A model generated the notes under the pieces. That model made no database searches. It had not been told where the DNA came from and saw nothing but the letters and a program-made list of their open reading frames with translations. Position numbers and translations under genes: made by a program. DNA of 64,000 bases from Octopus vulgaris (taxonomy: Eukaryota), in NCBI GenBank assembly GCA_951406725.2, contig OX597817.1:98580001-98644000 (forward strand). The letters run 5' to 3'. Positions 63,996 through 64,000 of this stretch are shown piece after piece (position 1 is the first letter of the stretch; every line of letters begins with the position of its first letter).

Positions 63996-64000
63996 AGCTA

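Overview
Eukaryotic, AT-rich, microsatellite-dense DNA. The SINE/RTE/Penelope repertoire looks like an octopus (coleoid cephalopod) genome; this is inference from repeat types, not a database hit. Most of the window is transposon-derived sequence inside the introns of one minus-strand host gene. Six phase-compatible GT-AG exons lie at 61183->35531 and encode a disordered region weakly reminiscent of the NEK4 tail. Mobile elements: a young GC-rich gypsy-type LTR element (654-4244) with an intact 5-bp TSD but an inverted gag-PR-RT half and an 11-bp 5' LTR stub; two CsRn1-like gypsy relics; many RTE LINE copies with a PHD finger; R4/Dong-like and Tx1/L1-like LINEs; mariner, piggyBac, Helitron and Tigger-like relics; tRNA SINEs; and three Penelope-like element (PLE) insertions. 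The strongest leads are RNA-level. (i) A TSD-flanked PLE 3' end carries a tRNA-like Pol III module plus (AAT)n directly upstream of a hammerhead core, with an inverted tail copy (47326-47784). (ii) A 357-bp hammerhead-bearing, retrozyme-like unit is arranged as a nested palindrome (29343-30237). (iii) Further hammerheads sit in the PLE pseudo-LTRs. (iv) Two intronic near-perfect hairpins lie beside host exons. Most ORFs in the supplied track are spurious.
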